A stretch of 64,000 nucleotides of DNA from Podarcis gaigeae (taxonomy: Eukaryota). The DNA lies in the NCBI GenBank assembly GCA_964106915.2, contig OZ066917.1; one strand, 5' to 3'. Below are positions 36,201 to 48,200 of this stretch, piece after piece. The notes under the pieces were generated by a model that did not search any database, was not told the DNA's origin, and saw nothing but the letters and a program-made list of their open reading frames with translations. The translations under genes were made by a program, and so were the position numbers. Every line of letters begins with the position of its first letter. The first letter of the stretch is position 1.

Positions 36201-39200
36201 CCTCTTTCCCACTCCCTTAAGAAGAACTCCCTGACCTTGTGAGAGGCAGTGTGCCTTCTTTCCATCTCTTTCAAGGCCAGGAAGACCCTGGGTTAAAATA
36301 ATTTAAAATATTCTGTTACAAATAGTTTTTAAAACTTGCAATTACAAAAAACACAAAATCACAAAAAACAGGGTGAGTTCTGAAAATATTTATCCCAGGT
36401 GTCAAGAGTCGGGGTAAAAAGGTGCATCAGTGAAGATATAATATTTCAAAAAAGAATGTAATCGGCTAGACAGAAATTATTACCTAAGGCAAATTTAATT
36501 GTGTGGGGTGTTTTGCATGGACATCATTGACCAAGGAAGTCCACAAAAGTTGCACCTTCTTAATGTGCATTTATATTTGCCAGATAGAAACACTCCTGTT
36601 GCAGCACCAGTTTTCCCATGTAGCGATTTAGGAATAAAGCAGCCATCATTTGCCATTTAGCACCACCGTGTATTGAGTGCTGTTGGAACTTGTGCTATGG
36701 GGTCTCAAACGTTGCTGCGTTGAAGAAGAGGAAACCAAGGGGCATCAAAGCAAAATCTTTCCCACCCTTTTTCAAAGGACTGAATGATATTATTTCCTTG
36801 GTATTTCAAATTGATTGAATGTCAAACACAAAGGAGCCTCTGTCTGTGGTGGAAAATCCATTGCTCCTATTGTGTTAAGTTATCATATCCATCATTCTGA
36901 AAGAAAATGTCAGCAGGTGCTAGTATCTCCATCTTCATCTAACAGGTTTCCCATTTCAATTCGTTCTTGGTGCTTCGTAGCTCTCAAGTATATTTATGAA
37001 ACCCTAGTTTATTAGAAGCTACTAGATTATTCAAAGCAGCTGCCGTGCTCTGCTTTTTATATCCACATCCCACAGAATCACCTCAGCGTTAAGTGAGGCT
37101 TGGGGCCTCACTTTTGAACTTGCTGTTTCTGTTTTCATAGTGGTTAAAAGGCAATCTTGCACGCCCAACACAGTTACAGTGAACAGGATTTTGGGAAGAC
37201 TCCTTTGGACTCTCCCCAGCACCACCCAGTTGATACTATTCCTTTCCTTTTCGGAGTTAAGTAAGCTGTTCCAGTCAATAGCTAGCTTTTCTTTTTTATA
37301 TTTTTTGCAGTCATTGGGAAATGGAAAGGTTCCTGCACTGTAGTAGGTCCTTGTTGTGGTTGGATGCCATTAGTATGAGGATCCTGTCTGCTCTCAGGAA
37401 GAGGTGTATCCCCAAAAGGCAGACTGCCCTACATCCACTAGAACAAGCAAGAATTTACTAGGAAGGGCAAAATTTGAGGCCCTGCTTCATTTCCCAGTAG
37501 AGGAGGATTAACACGTTCCCTACTCTGAAGGAAATGCTTAGCCACTGGACCTCATAGCTGAATAATTTTGTGGAAAGGTTAGTCTGGCCCTGCATTTACA
37601 TCTACTGTAAGGTTACCAGATTTTTTTCACTGAATCCGGGGACACTTTTCAACTTCAGTGGATTTTGTATGGGGACTGATTTGTAAATCTGGGGACTGTC
37701 CCCAGGAACGGGGACATCTGGTAACCTTAATCTACTGTATATTGCAAAAAGACCCGTTTTAGTATTTTGAGGAACCTGGAGGTACTTTTCGTAGATAGCA
37801 TCCAAAGGTAACTTCCACCAATAGTCATTGTGAGTGTCTGAAACTCACATGTTAGAGTTATTGTCTGTGTAATTAAAAGCAAGTGCATTGAGCTTTTCTT
37901 TGAACCTCAGTTATTTTATAAATACATACCATTGGGGTTGCATCATATCAGATAAGAGTGTCATCTTATGAGCCGTATGAGCAGCTTTAGCTCCTATGTA
38001 TTACGCAGGGCTACCTTCTTATCAGCCTGTTGCAACAGATGGTATGCATCACTTTGGAATAAATCATTCTGCTTTTATTCTCCAGTGACATTATAGGCTA
38101 CATTCACATTATTACTGACTCAAAGAATACTTAGTAAAATGTTTAGAACGAAGCATTCCACTAGGAAGAAATCAACTGTCTCTCAAATAGATTCCTCCTT
38201 CAAGGTTAGCACACTGTGACAGTGCTGTTTGAAATATATATTGATCATTCATGAACGATAGTTACCTGCTCAAAATTCTGGGGATTTGAAAGTCATCTAA
38301 TCAAACTTCTTAAAAGAGACAGGATCCCTCACAAACATTCCAAACACTTTATCAGGCACTTGAATAGTATGCAAGAAAGCTATAGCACCTATTTAGGATC
38401 AATTTAGGTAGGTAGGGCTGTGGTTTTTTAGGGCTTTCAAGGTTAGCCAAACACTTCGAATTGAGCTCAGAAACATACTGGGAGCCAATATAGATCCTTT
38501 TAGATCTTTCCAAGTCTTGTTTCTCTAGTTGCTGCTGCTGTGACATTGGCTCAGTTTAGACATCCCATTTCTGATTTTTCAAACCATGGATTGAAGATCC
38601 ACTTTTTAATTAGCAACATGCTGGTTTGCCTAATTAGGACATCACCCACCATGCACCTCCCCTATAAACTGTTTTTAAGCCAGACTTCTTGGAGTGCAAC
38701 AAGACCTCTACTAGAAACTCCATCAGTTAACTTTGGTTTTAGTATTTATGTAAAAAGGTAAAGGTAAAGGTACCCCTGCCCGTACGGGCCAGTCTTGACA
38801 GACTCTGGGGTTGTGCGCCCATCTTACTCAAGAGGCCAGGGGCCAGCGCTGTCCGGAGACACTTCCGGGTCACGTGGCCAGCGTGACATCGCTGCTCTGG
38901 CGAGCCAGAGCCGCACACGGAAACGCCGTTTACCTTCCCGCTGGTAAGCGGGCCCTATTTATCTACTTGCACCCGGAGGTGCTTTCGAACTGCTAGGTTG
39001 GCAGGCGCTGGGACCGAGCAGCGGGAGCGCACCCCGCCGCAGGGATTCGAACCGCCGACCTTTCGATCGGCAAGTCCTAGGTGCTGAGGCTTTAACCCAC
39101 AGCGCCACCTGAGTCCCCAGTATTTATGTACTTCAGCCTAAATTGTTTTTATATATATATATTGAAAGCAGCATATAAGTAAAACCAACCAACCAAGGAG

Positions 39201-42200
39201 TCAATGCACTTCCACAATAGCAGAGATTGAATTGGTCAACTTTTCCTTTTTAAGTACACAGTGCCGCTCCACTAGCTTCAGAACACCTTCGCACATGCTT
39301 ATATAGTTAACTATGGATCCTCTGCCTTCATATGAAACTGGAAGCATCTGCCCATTTATGAGGAACTGGAGTAGCAGGGAAGCATTATCTTACATGTAAA
39401 ATATTTCTGAATAAATCTGTATGCTATGATTCATTGCAGAACCACAGACTGGATTTCATATTGCTTTTAAAATGCTGGATGCAGACGGGAATGAACATTT
39501 AGAGAAAAAGGAATTTTTTAAGGTATGAATGACAATATTTTCAAAAAAACCCTTTTTTAATTTATGGAATTACCATATAACTTACAAATGAAAAGTGCAG
39601 TTGATCAAGACTATTCCTTCCTCATCTGCTTTGTACACAAGAGATAATGCCTTCACTTGAACAACTGAGGAAATTAAAACCTTTTGCAACCCTTTTTCAT
39701 TGAAGTTCTGAGTTAAACCGAGAACATTTTTTTTAAACCAGATTTCCTATTTTTACATTTGGATACAGGTGGCAATGAACTTATAGCAAACCTGTTGTTC
39801 CTTAACTAACATGGTTGATCAAGAACAGTGCTTTGGTGTCAATAGCTAGGGTTAAGAGTTTATTTAATTTTAAAATTACGATTATTTATATATGTGGAAT
39901 AGACGGATCTATATCTACCCATACAAGCAAAACTGCAGAGAATCCATCTCTAGAGAGAGGCTTCCATTGTAGAAATGGAAAGAGAAGGTATATTTAGCCT
40001 TTTTATTATGAATACTATGAAATGCACACTTGAGGTCAAAGTCAAATGTGCAAGCCTTTTTAATTTGAAGAGAAGATAATGTGTTTTGCTGTTGAGACCA
40101 TCTGGAGAGGGGATGGAGCTACTTCAGTTTCAGTGCCAAAAAGAAATGCAACCACTGTGATGGAATTAACCCTTAGGGGACCTAACAGGCTTCCTGGCAG
40201 CAGAAGAAAATGGTGCCCTCCCTCCCTCCCAGGTTCAAATGAAGGTAGGGCAGATTATGGATGACTTGGAAGGAAAATCCTTGTATAGCCATGACTCCTT
40301 GCCTCACCCTACTAGCGCTTTTGCCATAGCTGTAAATGGCAGCTGCTAGTGCGTTGGCACATTCTGTCACATGCCCCCCATTCCCTTGTTTCGTCATCTT
40401 TCAACAGTATTAAAGGTTGGGATAAATAGAGGAAATAATGCCCTATCCCCTCCCCCCCCCCAGCTTGCCTTGCCTGAACAAACAGACCACAGATGGGTGG
40501 TCTTGCTGCATGCACTGCTAGGAAAAGGGTCGCTGTGTTCAGTGTTGGGTTTCAGTGCGCATCAACTAATGACTGGACAGGGCCAGGTGCAAACTATTTA
40601 GGGGAAATAGTGCCATTTCAATCCTAACCTGCCAAAACGATCACCTGGTGTGGGCATGAGGTATCGGAGATGAAGGCTAAGGATGATAAAGCAGCAGGCT
40701 TTGGGAGCATCACATTATTCGAAGGGAAAGTTATGCGCTGCTTGTCTCCCAGTGATAAACATACTTTTAAAAGCACCTCTCCTAAGCAACTCTAAATCCT
40801 CTGCTTTCTATCTCTATCCGTGCTGTAACCGTAAATAATAAGTCCCTTGTTTTTTTATTTTTGCTGTCCATTTGAGGACTGGTGCTAACATCTCTGGAAG
40901 GTAGGTGAGCTTTGCAGTGTGCGGTGCTAAATCTCTTGCTAGAAACCCAGCCTCTGAAGAGATTTGTGAGTACATGTAATTACAAATGTTTCCCAAAGAG
41001 AGGTTGCTGCCAGGAGTCTGCTGAATGACTTGCTAGAGATTTATAGTAAGCTGCAAATGGATTTCTTTATTTGCTGGAGACCTTATTTTTGGATCTGAAC
41101 TTGTTAAAGAATGGTATGACACGAAATTGTCAGGTCATACTTGGATAATTAAAAAAATGCATAAGCAAAACAAAACTAGTGCTTTGTGAGCATGTAAGTA
41201 TTTCACATGCAGTCTTAATGCACCTTATGAAACTGTCTTATATAGAGTCAAACAATTGGTTCGCCTAGCACAGTTCTTACTCCGAATGGCAGCTGCAATC
41301 AAAGGTCTTCAGGCCCTTCCCTGCTTTGCTGCCTGAGAACCCTTAGCTATAAGTGCCAGTGCGGTGTAGTGGTTAAGAGTGGTAGACTCGTAATCTGGGG
41401 AACCGGGTTCGCGTCTCTGCTCCTCCACATGCAGCTGCTGGGTGACTTTGGGCTAGTCACACTTCTTTGAAGTCTCTCAGCCCCACTCACCTCACAGAGT
41501 GTTTGTTGTGGGGGAGGAAGGGAAAGGAGAATGTTAGCCGCTTTGAGATTCCTTCGGGTAGTGATAAAGCGGGATATCAAATCCAAACTCTTCTTCTTCT
41601 AGACTTGGGACATTCTGCATGAGCAAAGCATATGAGCTGCCATTGAGCCTTGTAGATTATGTCAGTATTATTATAGCACCTTTCAAGTGCGAAGGGTGAG
41701 ATGGAGAGAACAAAGCTTCGCAAACTCATGGCTGAAGCAAGGTTTGGACCAGAGACTAATAGCCCAAGTATTATGCCCATTTAAAAACTTGACTTCCGTG
41801 TTAGAAGGAATTACTTCTTTAAAATGGCCTCCAAAGGCTTACGTGTTCTTACTCTGCTTTGGTCCCATTTTTATGTATTTCTGTTCATATTTCATGATTT
41901 CTGAAAACTTAGCAGTCAGGAGTCAGTCCTTCCCCTGCCAACCTCTCCCTGCATTTCCCTTGAAAAGCCTTTTCCTGATAGTTGGAGGCCCTCCTGAACA
42001 GCATGGCCAATTCTGTGGGCATTTGGAATGGGAGTAGGACATATGAAATACCCAAAATCGGACAGAAGGGAGGAGAAAGATTGGTTGCTGTGGAGGATTC
42101 CATTCATGCATCCTGCTTGTGGTTATTCAGCCAGAAAGCTTGTATCAGAAATGATGAGTGTGTTTATCCCCACTACGGCATACCCATTTCTCCAAAACAA

Positions 42201-45200
42201 ACTAAAGAAAATGCCCACAACACTGAACAGGTTGGGGAAAAGTAGGCAAACTATCCCCATTCCCATCCCCACTAACTCTCCTGGCCTATCACCCACTATT
42301 TCAACACGCAGCACAAAACCGCCAGATTAAAACCTAGCAAGCCATAGGCCTACACTGTCTAAAAGACTTCTACAAAAACAACAAACCCATACCAATACAA
42401 GAAATACAAGACAAACTATGGGACACCCAAATACCTTGGCTATCACACCATCAACTATATGCCTTCTTAAACAATCCAGCAGTAAAATCAGCAGCCACTA
42501 GGCCCTTGACCACCTTCAAAAACCTTCTGACAGCAGAGGGACATGGCAAAGGGATGGTATCCACAATATACAAAATACTGCTCCAAAATCCCACAACCCC
42601 CCTTGACGCAATTAAAGAACAATGGGAGCCCAACATAGGCTATGAAATTAACCCTACCCAATGGATTAGAATGTGGTCTAAATGTCCCTTTAAGTCCATA
42701 TCAGCCAAAAAGAAAGGAACTTACTCTGAAACTCACCTACAGGTGGTACTTAACGCCATGGAAACTGGTGCTGATACACCCAGGAACCTCATTAAGATGT
42801 TGGAGAGGCTGCACTTCCACATGCACATACCTCCACATGTAGGAGGAATGCCCTAAAATCCAACCCTTCTGGACACCAGTCCTACAAGAGATATGCAAAA
42901 TAATTAAACAGGTATTAGAACTCACCCCAGAACTGGTCCTACTGAGCATCTTTCAAGATCGTTATGACCACTCACATCATACAGAGCTTATAACCCACCT
43001 ACTCTTAGCGGCCAGAAGCCTCATAGCCAGACAATGGAGAGACCTGTCAGTAGTAAACATGGACCAGTGGTATCAAATTGTATGGGAAATGGCCTTACTA
43101 GAAAAGCTAACCAATAAACCGAAACTGACATGGGGACAAATAGAAGAGGATGCCTTTACCCCAGTATAGATCCCCTTTATCACATACACAGCCCGACAAG
43201 ACAATGACAAGAGTCCACCGACAGCCTATGAATAAATCTTGCGTACCTGACCCAACAAGCACCCCCCCAAATGCAAACAAACCCCACTGCAGACAACCAC
43301 AGAAAACCAATCACACCTTGCCCCCAATACCTCTCACTACCAAGGAAATGTAATAAATGAATAGAAAGAGAACCTACCCAGTTGATGCTGACACAAAACC
43401 CCACATGTACACTATATAAAAGAATGTCTCACTACCCCACCCCTCCCCTCCTCTCTCTCTCTCCTCTTCTTCCTCAACTGTGTGCAGTAGTACCTCCATT
43501 TATGTAACCCTCTGATTACGTAAACTTCGGAATGCGAAAGTGGCTAACCTGGAAGTATTTGACTGGGTTTTGCCATGTGCGCATGTGCAGAAACGGTCCT
43601 CTGGTTGCGAAAACCTTTGGATCCGGCCAGACCTTTGGAACGGATCCCGTCTGCAACCAGAGATACCACTATACTTTACTCAGCACTAATGTCTCACAAC
43701 AAATGTAACTGATTTGTAAGAAAAACTGTACAACCTAAAAAAGGAGACAAAGCATGTACGTTTGTAAACCAAGAAAATCTAAAAGAAAAAGAAATGATGA
43801 GTGTGATCTTTAATGCTTGAAAATTGTGTGTGGATCATTCATTTCACGTGTTACCAGATTCCTTAATGAAAGGCACTGGATAAATGTGAAAGCTCCATCA
43901 CATGTGATGAATGTGTATAAAGGCTTTGCACTCAAGGTACCTGTGCAGAGAATTTTACAGTTTGTGTATGGTAAATAGCACTGAGAAAGAAGCTATCTGT
44001 TAAAAATGCTTTGGTATGAAAAAGAAGATAGTAAATGGAAATATATATCACTTTTGTTTTAGCTGCAGAAAATAATTGGGACGCAAGATGAGCTTAAAAC
44101 AGCTTTAGGAGATGAAACACTATCTCAGGTAGGTCTTCAGAGAATGTGATTTTCTTTCTAGCAGGTTGTTCTGGCACTAATGCACTGTTATCTTTTAAAC
44201 ATTATTCCTTTCACAGCTTGTAGCTGATTGCATCCATGTCAGCTCTGATGCTTCATTAAATGAAAGCATCTGATCAGTTGACCTTGCTTTTTGCATGTTC
44301 TTAGTAAAATAATTCCAATTGAAAAAGAATTCATTTATTTAATATGTAGTCACATCTAAAGGGAGACTTTTAGTATTATACTTAGCTGACTTGATCAAAG
44401 AACAATAAATGCACTTCCAGGTCAGTTTGGTACCCCTACTTCCCAAGTTAAAATTACAGTGGTGCCTCGCAAGACGAAATTAATTCGTTCCGTGAATTTT
44501 TTCGTCTAGCGAATTTTTCGTCTTGCGAAGCACGAAATCCCATAGGAATGCATTGAAAATCAATTAATGCGTTCCTATGGTCAAAAAAAGTCCAAACAAA
44601 GCCAAATTTGGTACAACAAGAGTTTATTAAGTGCTCTTTAAAGTCACACATACTGTAAAGAGCATTTCAAAATTCAAACCCAGAATTTTTTTTAAAAAAA
44701 CAGCAGAGTGGCCCAATGGTCACAGAAAATCATAAAAATGCAGGAAAAAAACACAAGCTTCCAGATTCTTGCAAACCCCTCCCCAACTGTTCCCCCAGCC
44801 ACCCAGCACACAGAAATTCAAACCCAGAATTTTTTTAAAAAAACAGCAGAGTGGCCCAATGGTCACAGAAAATCATAAAAATGCAGAAAAAAACACACAA
44901 GCTTCCAGATTCTTGCAAACCCCTCCCCAACACCAAGTCCTTGAATTCCAAACACCCCAACCCAAAATCCAACCCCCCCAAAAAAAGTTTTAAAAGCTTA
45001 ACTTACCAAATGGCTCCAAAAGAAGTTTTGGAAAAGCTTCAAAAATCACCAAAGTCTTTAAAAACCTCAAAAAAGGCTACTATGTACACTGCGTTCTATG
45101 AGTTGCTCCTCAAAGTCAAGTCGCAACTGTATTAATGGTGTTAAGAAAAAGAAACAAACTTGCAAGACGTTTTCGTCTTGCGAAGCAAGCCCATAGGGAA

Positions 45201-48200
45201 ATTCGTCTTGCAAAGCAGCTCAAAAAACGGAAAACCCTTTCGTCTAGCGAGTTTTCCGTCTTGCGAGGCATTCGTCTTGCGGGGCACCACTGTAATCTTT
45301 CAGACCCTGCCAATAAAGTACTAAACATTAAAATACTAACTATAGTCAAAAAGCTTATTCTACTCTTCAACCCCACATCCAAGACCATCTCTGCCATATA
45401 TTTCAAAATCAGAATACAAATAAATACTTTGCTTGGCCTTATATGGACAAATAAAAATCTTAAGACTATAGAGGAGAAGCTCAGTTTAATTGACTATTTT
45501 TTGAGAATTTAAAGTAAATTCCAAAGGAAAGATTTGTTTATTAAAATCATTAATAGTCTTGGACATCATGATCTAAGCTTTACTCATAGCTTAGGACAAT
45601 TTGATTTATGGAAGAAATGCAAGACCTATTGATAGAAACATCTAGTATTAAATTTTAAAAATAAATGGTCTTAACTGTTGTTATTTTACTCTGTATAATA
45701 TGCTGTTTTATATGTCATGTTGGAAGCTATCCTAAGAATACTACATAACAAAGTCTGGTCTAAAAGAAATAAAATTAAAAGATAAATGGAATGGGGCTAA
45801 TGTTTGATGGCTAGAAGACTTTCAAGTCATATTTTTCTTATGCATAAATAACCTGAATGAAAGAAAGCAATGGAATTTGAAATAACAATCATTTATTGTC
45901 CACACTTATTTTACAATACAAATGAGAAGTGGAACAGGTAAAAGAATTTGATTCATTTGGCTTGAGGCAATGGTTTGTATCCAGTGCTGTCTGTTCATGA
46001 GCGGAATGAACGTCTGCTCATGCAATGGGACCTTTCCCTCCTCTCCTTGCTGCCCCTCCATGTGCCCACAAAAACTGCTGCAGGGAATAGGAGCCAAATC
46101 CTAGGGGCCAAGATCTCTTCAGCACCCCCAATATATTTGAGGGGGCCAGGAGCTCCCCAAACTTGATGAACATTGGCATTCAAATGGTGTGCGTGCACCA
46201 CGACTTGTGATTGATGACATGGAGTGGGGCTTACCTGCCCCTCCCCATATTATATTCAGATTGGCACCCCTGCTCTGGGGGGTTGGGGGACACTGGAGCA
46301 GATTTGAGGAGCATGCGGTGGGGGTGGGGAGGAAGGAAGGAAGGAAGGACCATTGCTCAACTGGCACTCACGCAACTTTAGAAGTCAGCCATCGGACCTA
46401 CTATTGAAATATCAGTTTGAAAATATCTATGATAATAATTAAGCATTCAGTTTTCCTCAAATACTGATATTTGGAAGAATTTCTACACTACTAATTGGTC
46501 AACATTCATCACCTGCAAATCAGATGCTCTATATTTCGGTTTGCTATATTGTTTTTTAATCTTAGGAAGTTTATTTTCCTATATCCCCTGCAAAAGATTG
46601 TTTTCTTTCTGGTTCGGATTATCTTGTTGTGTATCTTCTCTTTTTTTCTCAAGTACTATGTTAATGTAAAAAACATAGTGGCAGTATTCTATAATTAATG
46701 ATTTATGAAGTTACATTATTTGTTAGGTTTGCATAAGTATGTAAGTTTTTGTTGGTATTTAAAAATGTGCAGTATTTCTATTTAGTTTTTATTTTTAAAA
46801 ATACTGTAAAATACAGCACACATACTGAACAATTTTTGGGTGGCTTAGAGATGGCTCATGTTACTTCATTTAGTGAAAAGTGTCATGGAACAAATGAAGA
46901 GTGCTACCTGAACTATAAAATGTGTTGTCATGTGTGCAGAAAGCATGAAATACACTGAACTAATGCAACTAGTTGATTATACTGAAAGCCAAATAACCAT
47001 TAGTATTTAATCTTATGAATAGATGGCTGTCTTTCATCTTGCCTCTTCAGCAGAGTAAAATACACACCAGCTATTTAGATGTCACAAGAACATTACATTG
47101 AAATCCCCATAGACTCCACGTTGCTTAGTGTGTTGTTGTGTTCAAAGAAATGAGACTTAGGCTAAGTGGTGAAAGAAACACATAATCTAAAAATATTGTA
47201 TTTTGTGTCTGTGGCTTTAGCCTTTCAAAGGGATGGAATAGCTGAGCTATGTGAAATACTTTATTTGTTTTCTACAGGCCTTTTTTCCATAAGGAAAAAT
47301 TCAAATATAGAGCATTTGTAGAATTATTTAACCATTAATGAGAAATGTAGATCTTGAGCCAATGTAGAGCTTTAACACAAGAGGTATTCTGACAAAGTAC
47401 TGATGTGCATTTTTTCAGGAGCCAGAATCAGAAGACCCTGATATTAATACCATGTTACTGGTCCACTTCTTTGGAAGAGGAGGAAAAAAGAAGCTTCATT
47501 ACTGTGAATTTCACAGGTAGCACTGAAAAAAGATAGTAATTAACACTTCGGTTGTCATCTTGGTTTGCTCTGTGTTGTGAGTTTTTCTGATCAATCTGTC
47601 TATCAGATACTACAATTCACTATTTTGTCTTGTCTTAGTATTTTAACTCAAAGAGATCCCAAATAACTTTTTATATTTAGTAGCACACCATGGGAATTGC
47701 GTCAGCCATCTTGTCCACATCCCATTGGGTCTCTGGACTCATTTGGGAGGAAGGACAGGGTATAAATTGAAAACAACAACAACAACTACATGTGTATGCC
47801 TTCACCCACATTTGCCAGGAGGTTATGACCACACTTGTAGCTGTGACACCATGGAGTAAACCCCCCAACAAACCACAGTCCCCAGGATTCCATGGGGATT
47901 ACCACCATGTATGCTGCAGTTTTGTGTGGCTCATGCTGAGGTCACAATATCCCTTGACAGACTGCATACTGCTTATCTCTACTGCAAAAAAAAAAAAAAA
48001 TCACTTTGTAAAGGTAGATGACACCTAAATGTATCATAGAACAAAAAAATGCAGTTTGCCCAATCTCTCCTTTGATAGAGAAACTGGGTGAACCATATTT
48101 TTTGTTCTACAGTTATTCATTCAGAAATGCGTAATTGTAGACTAATGCATAATGAATTTCATTACACTCTATAAAGTGTTTGGGGGTTTTTTTGCAGCAG

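Noticed and set aside
45135-45512. 125-aa basic ORF
   Set aside because: It spans a MITE terminus and AT-rich flank; a compositional artefact.
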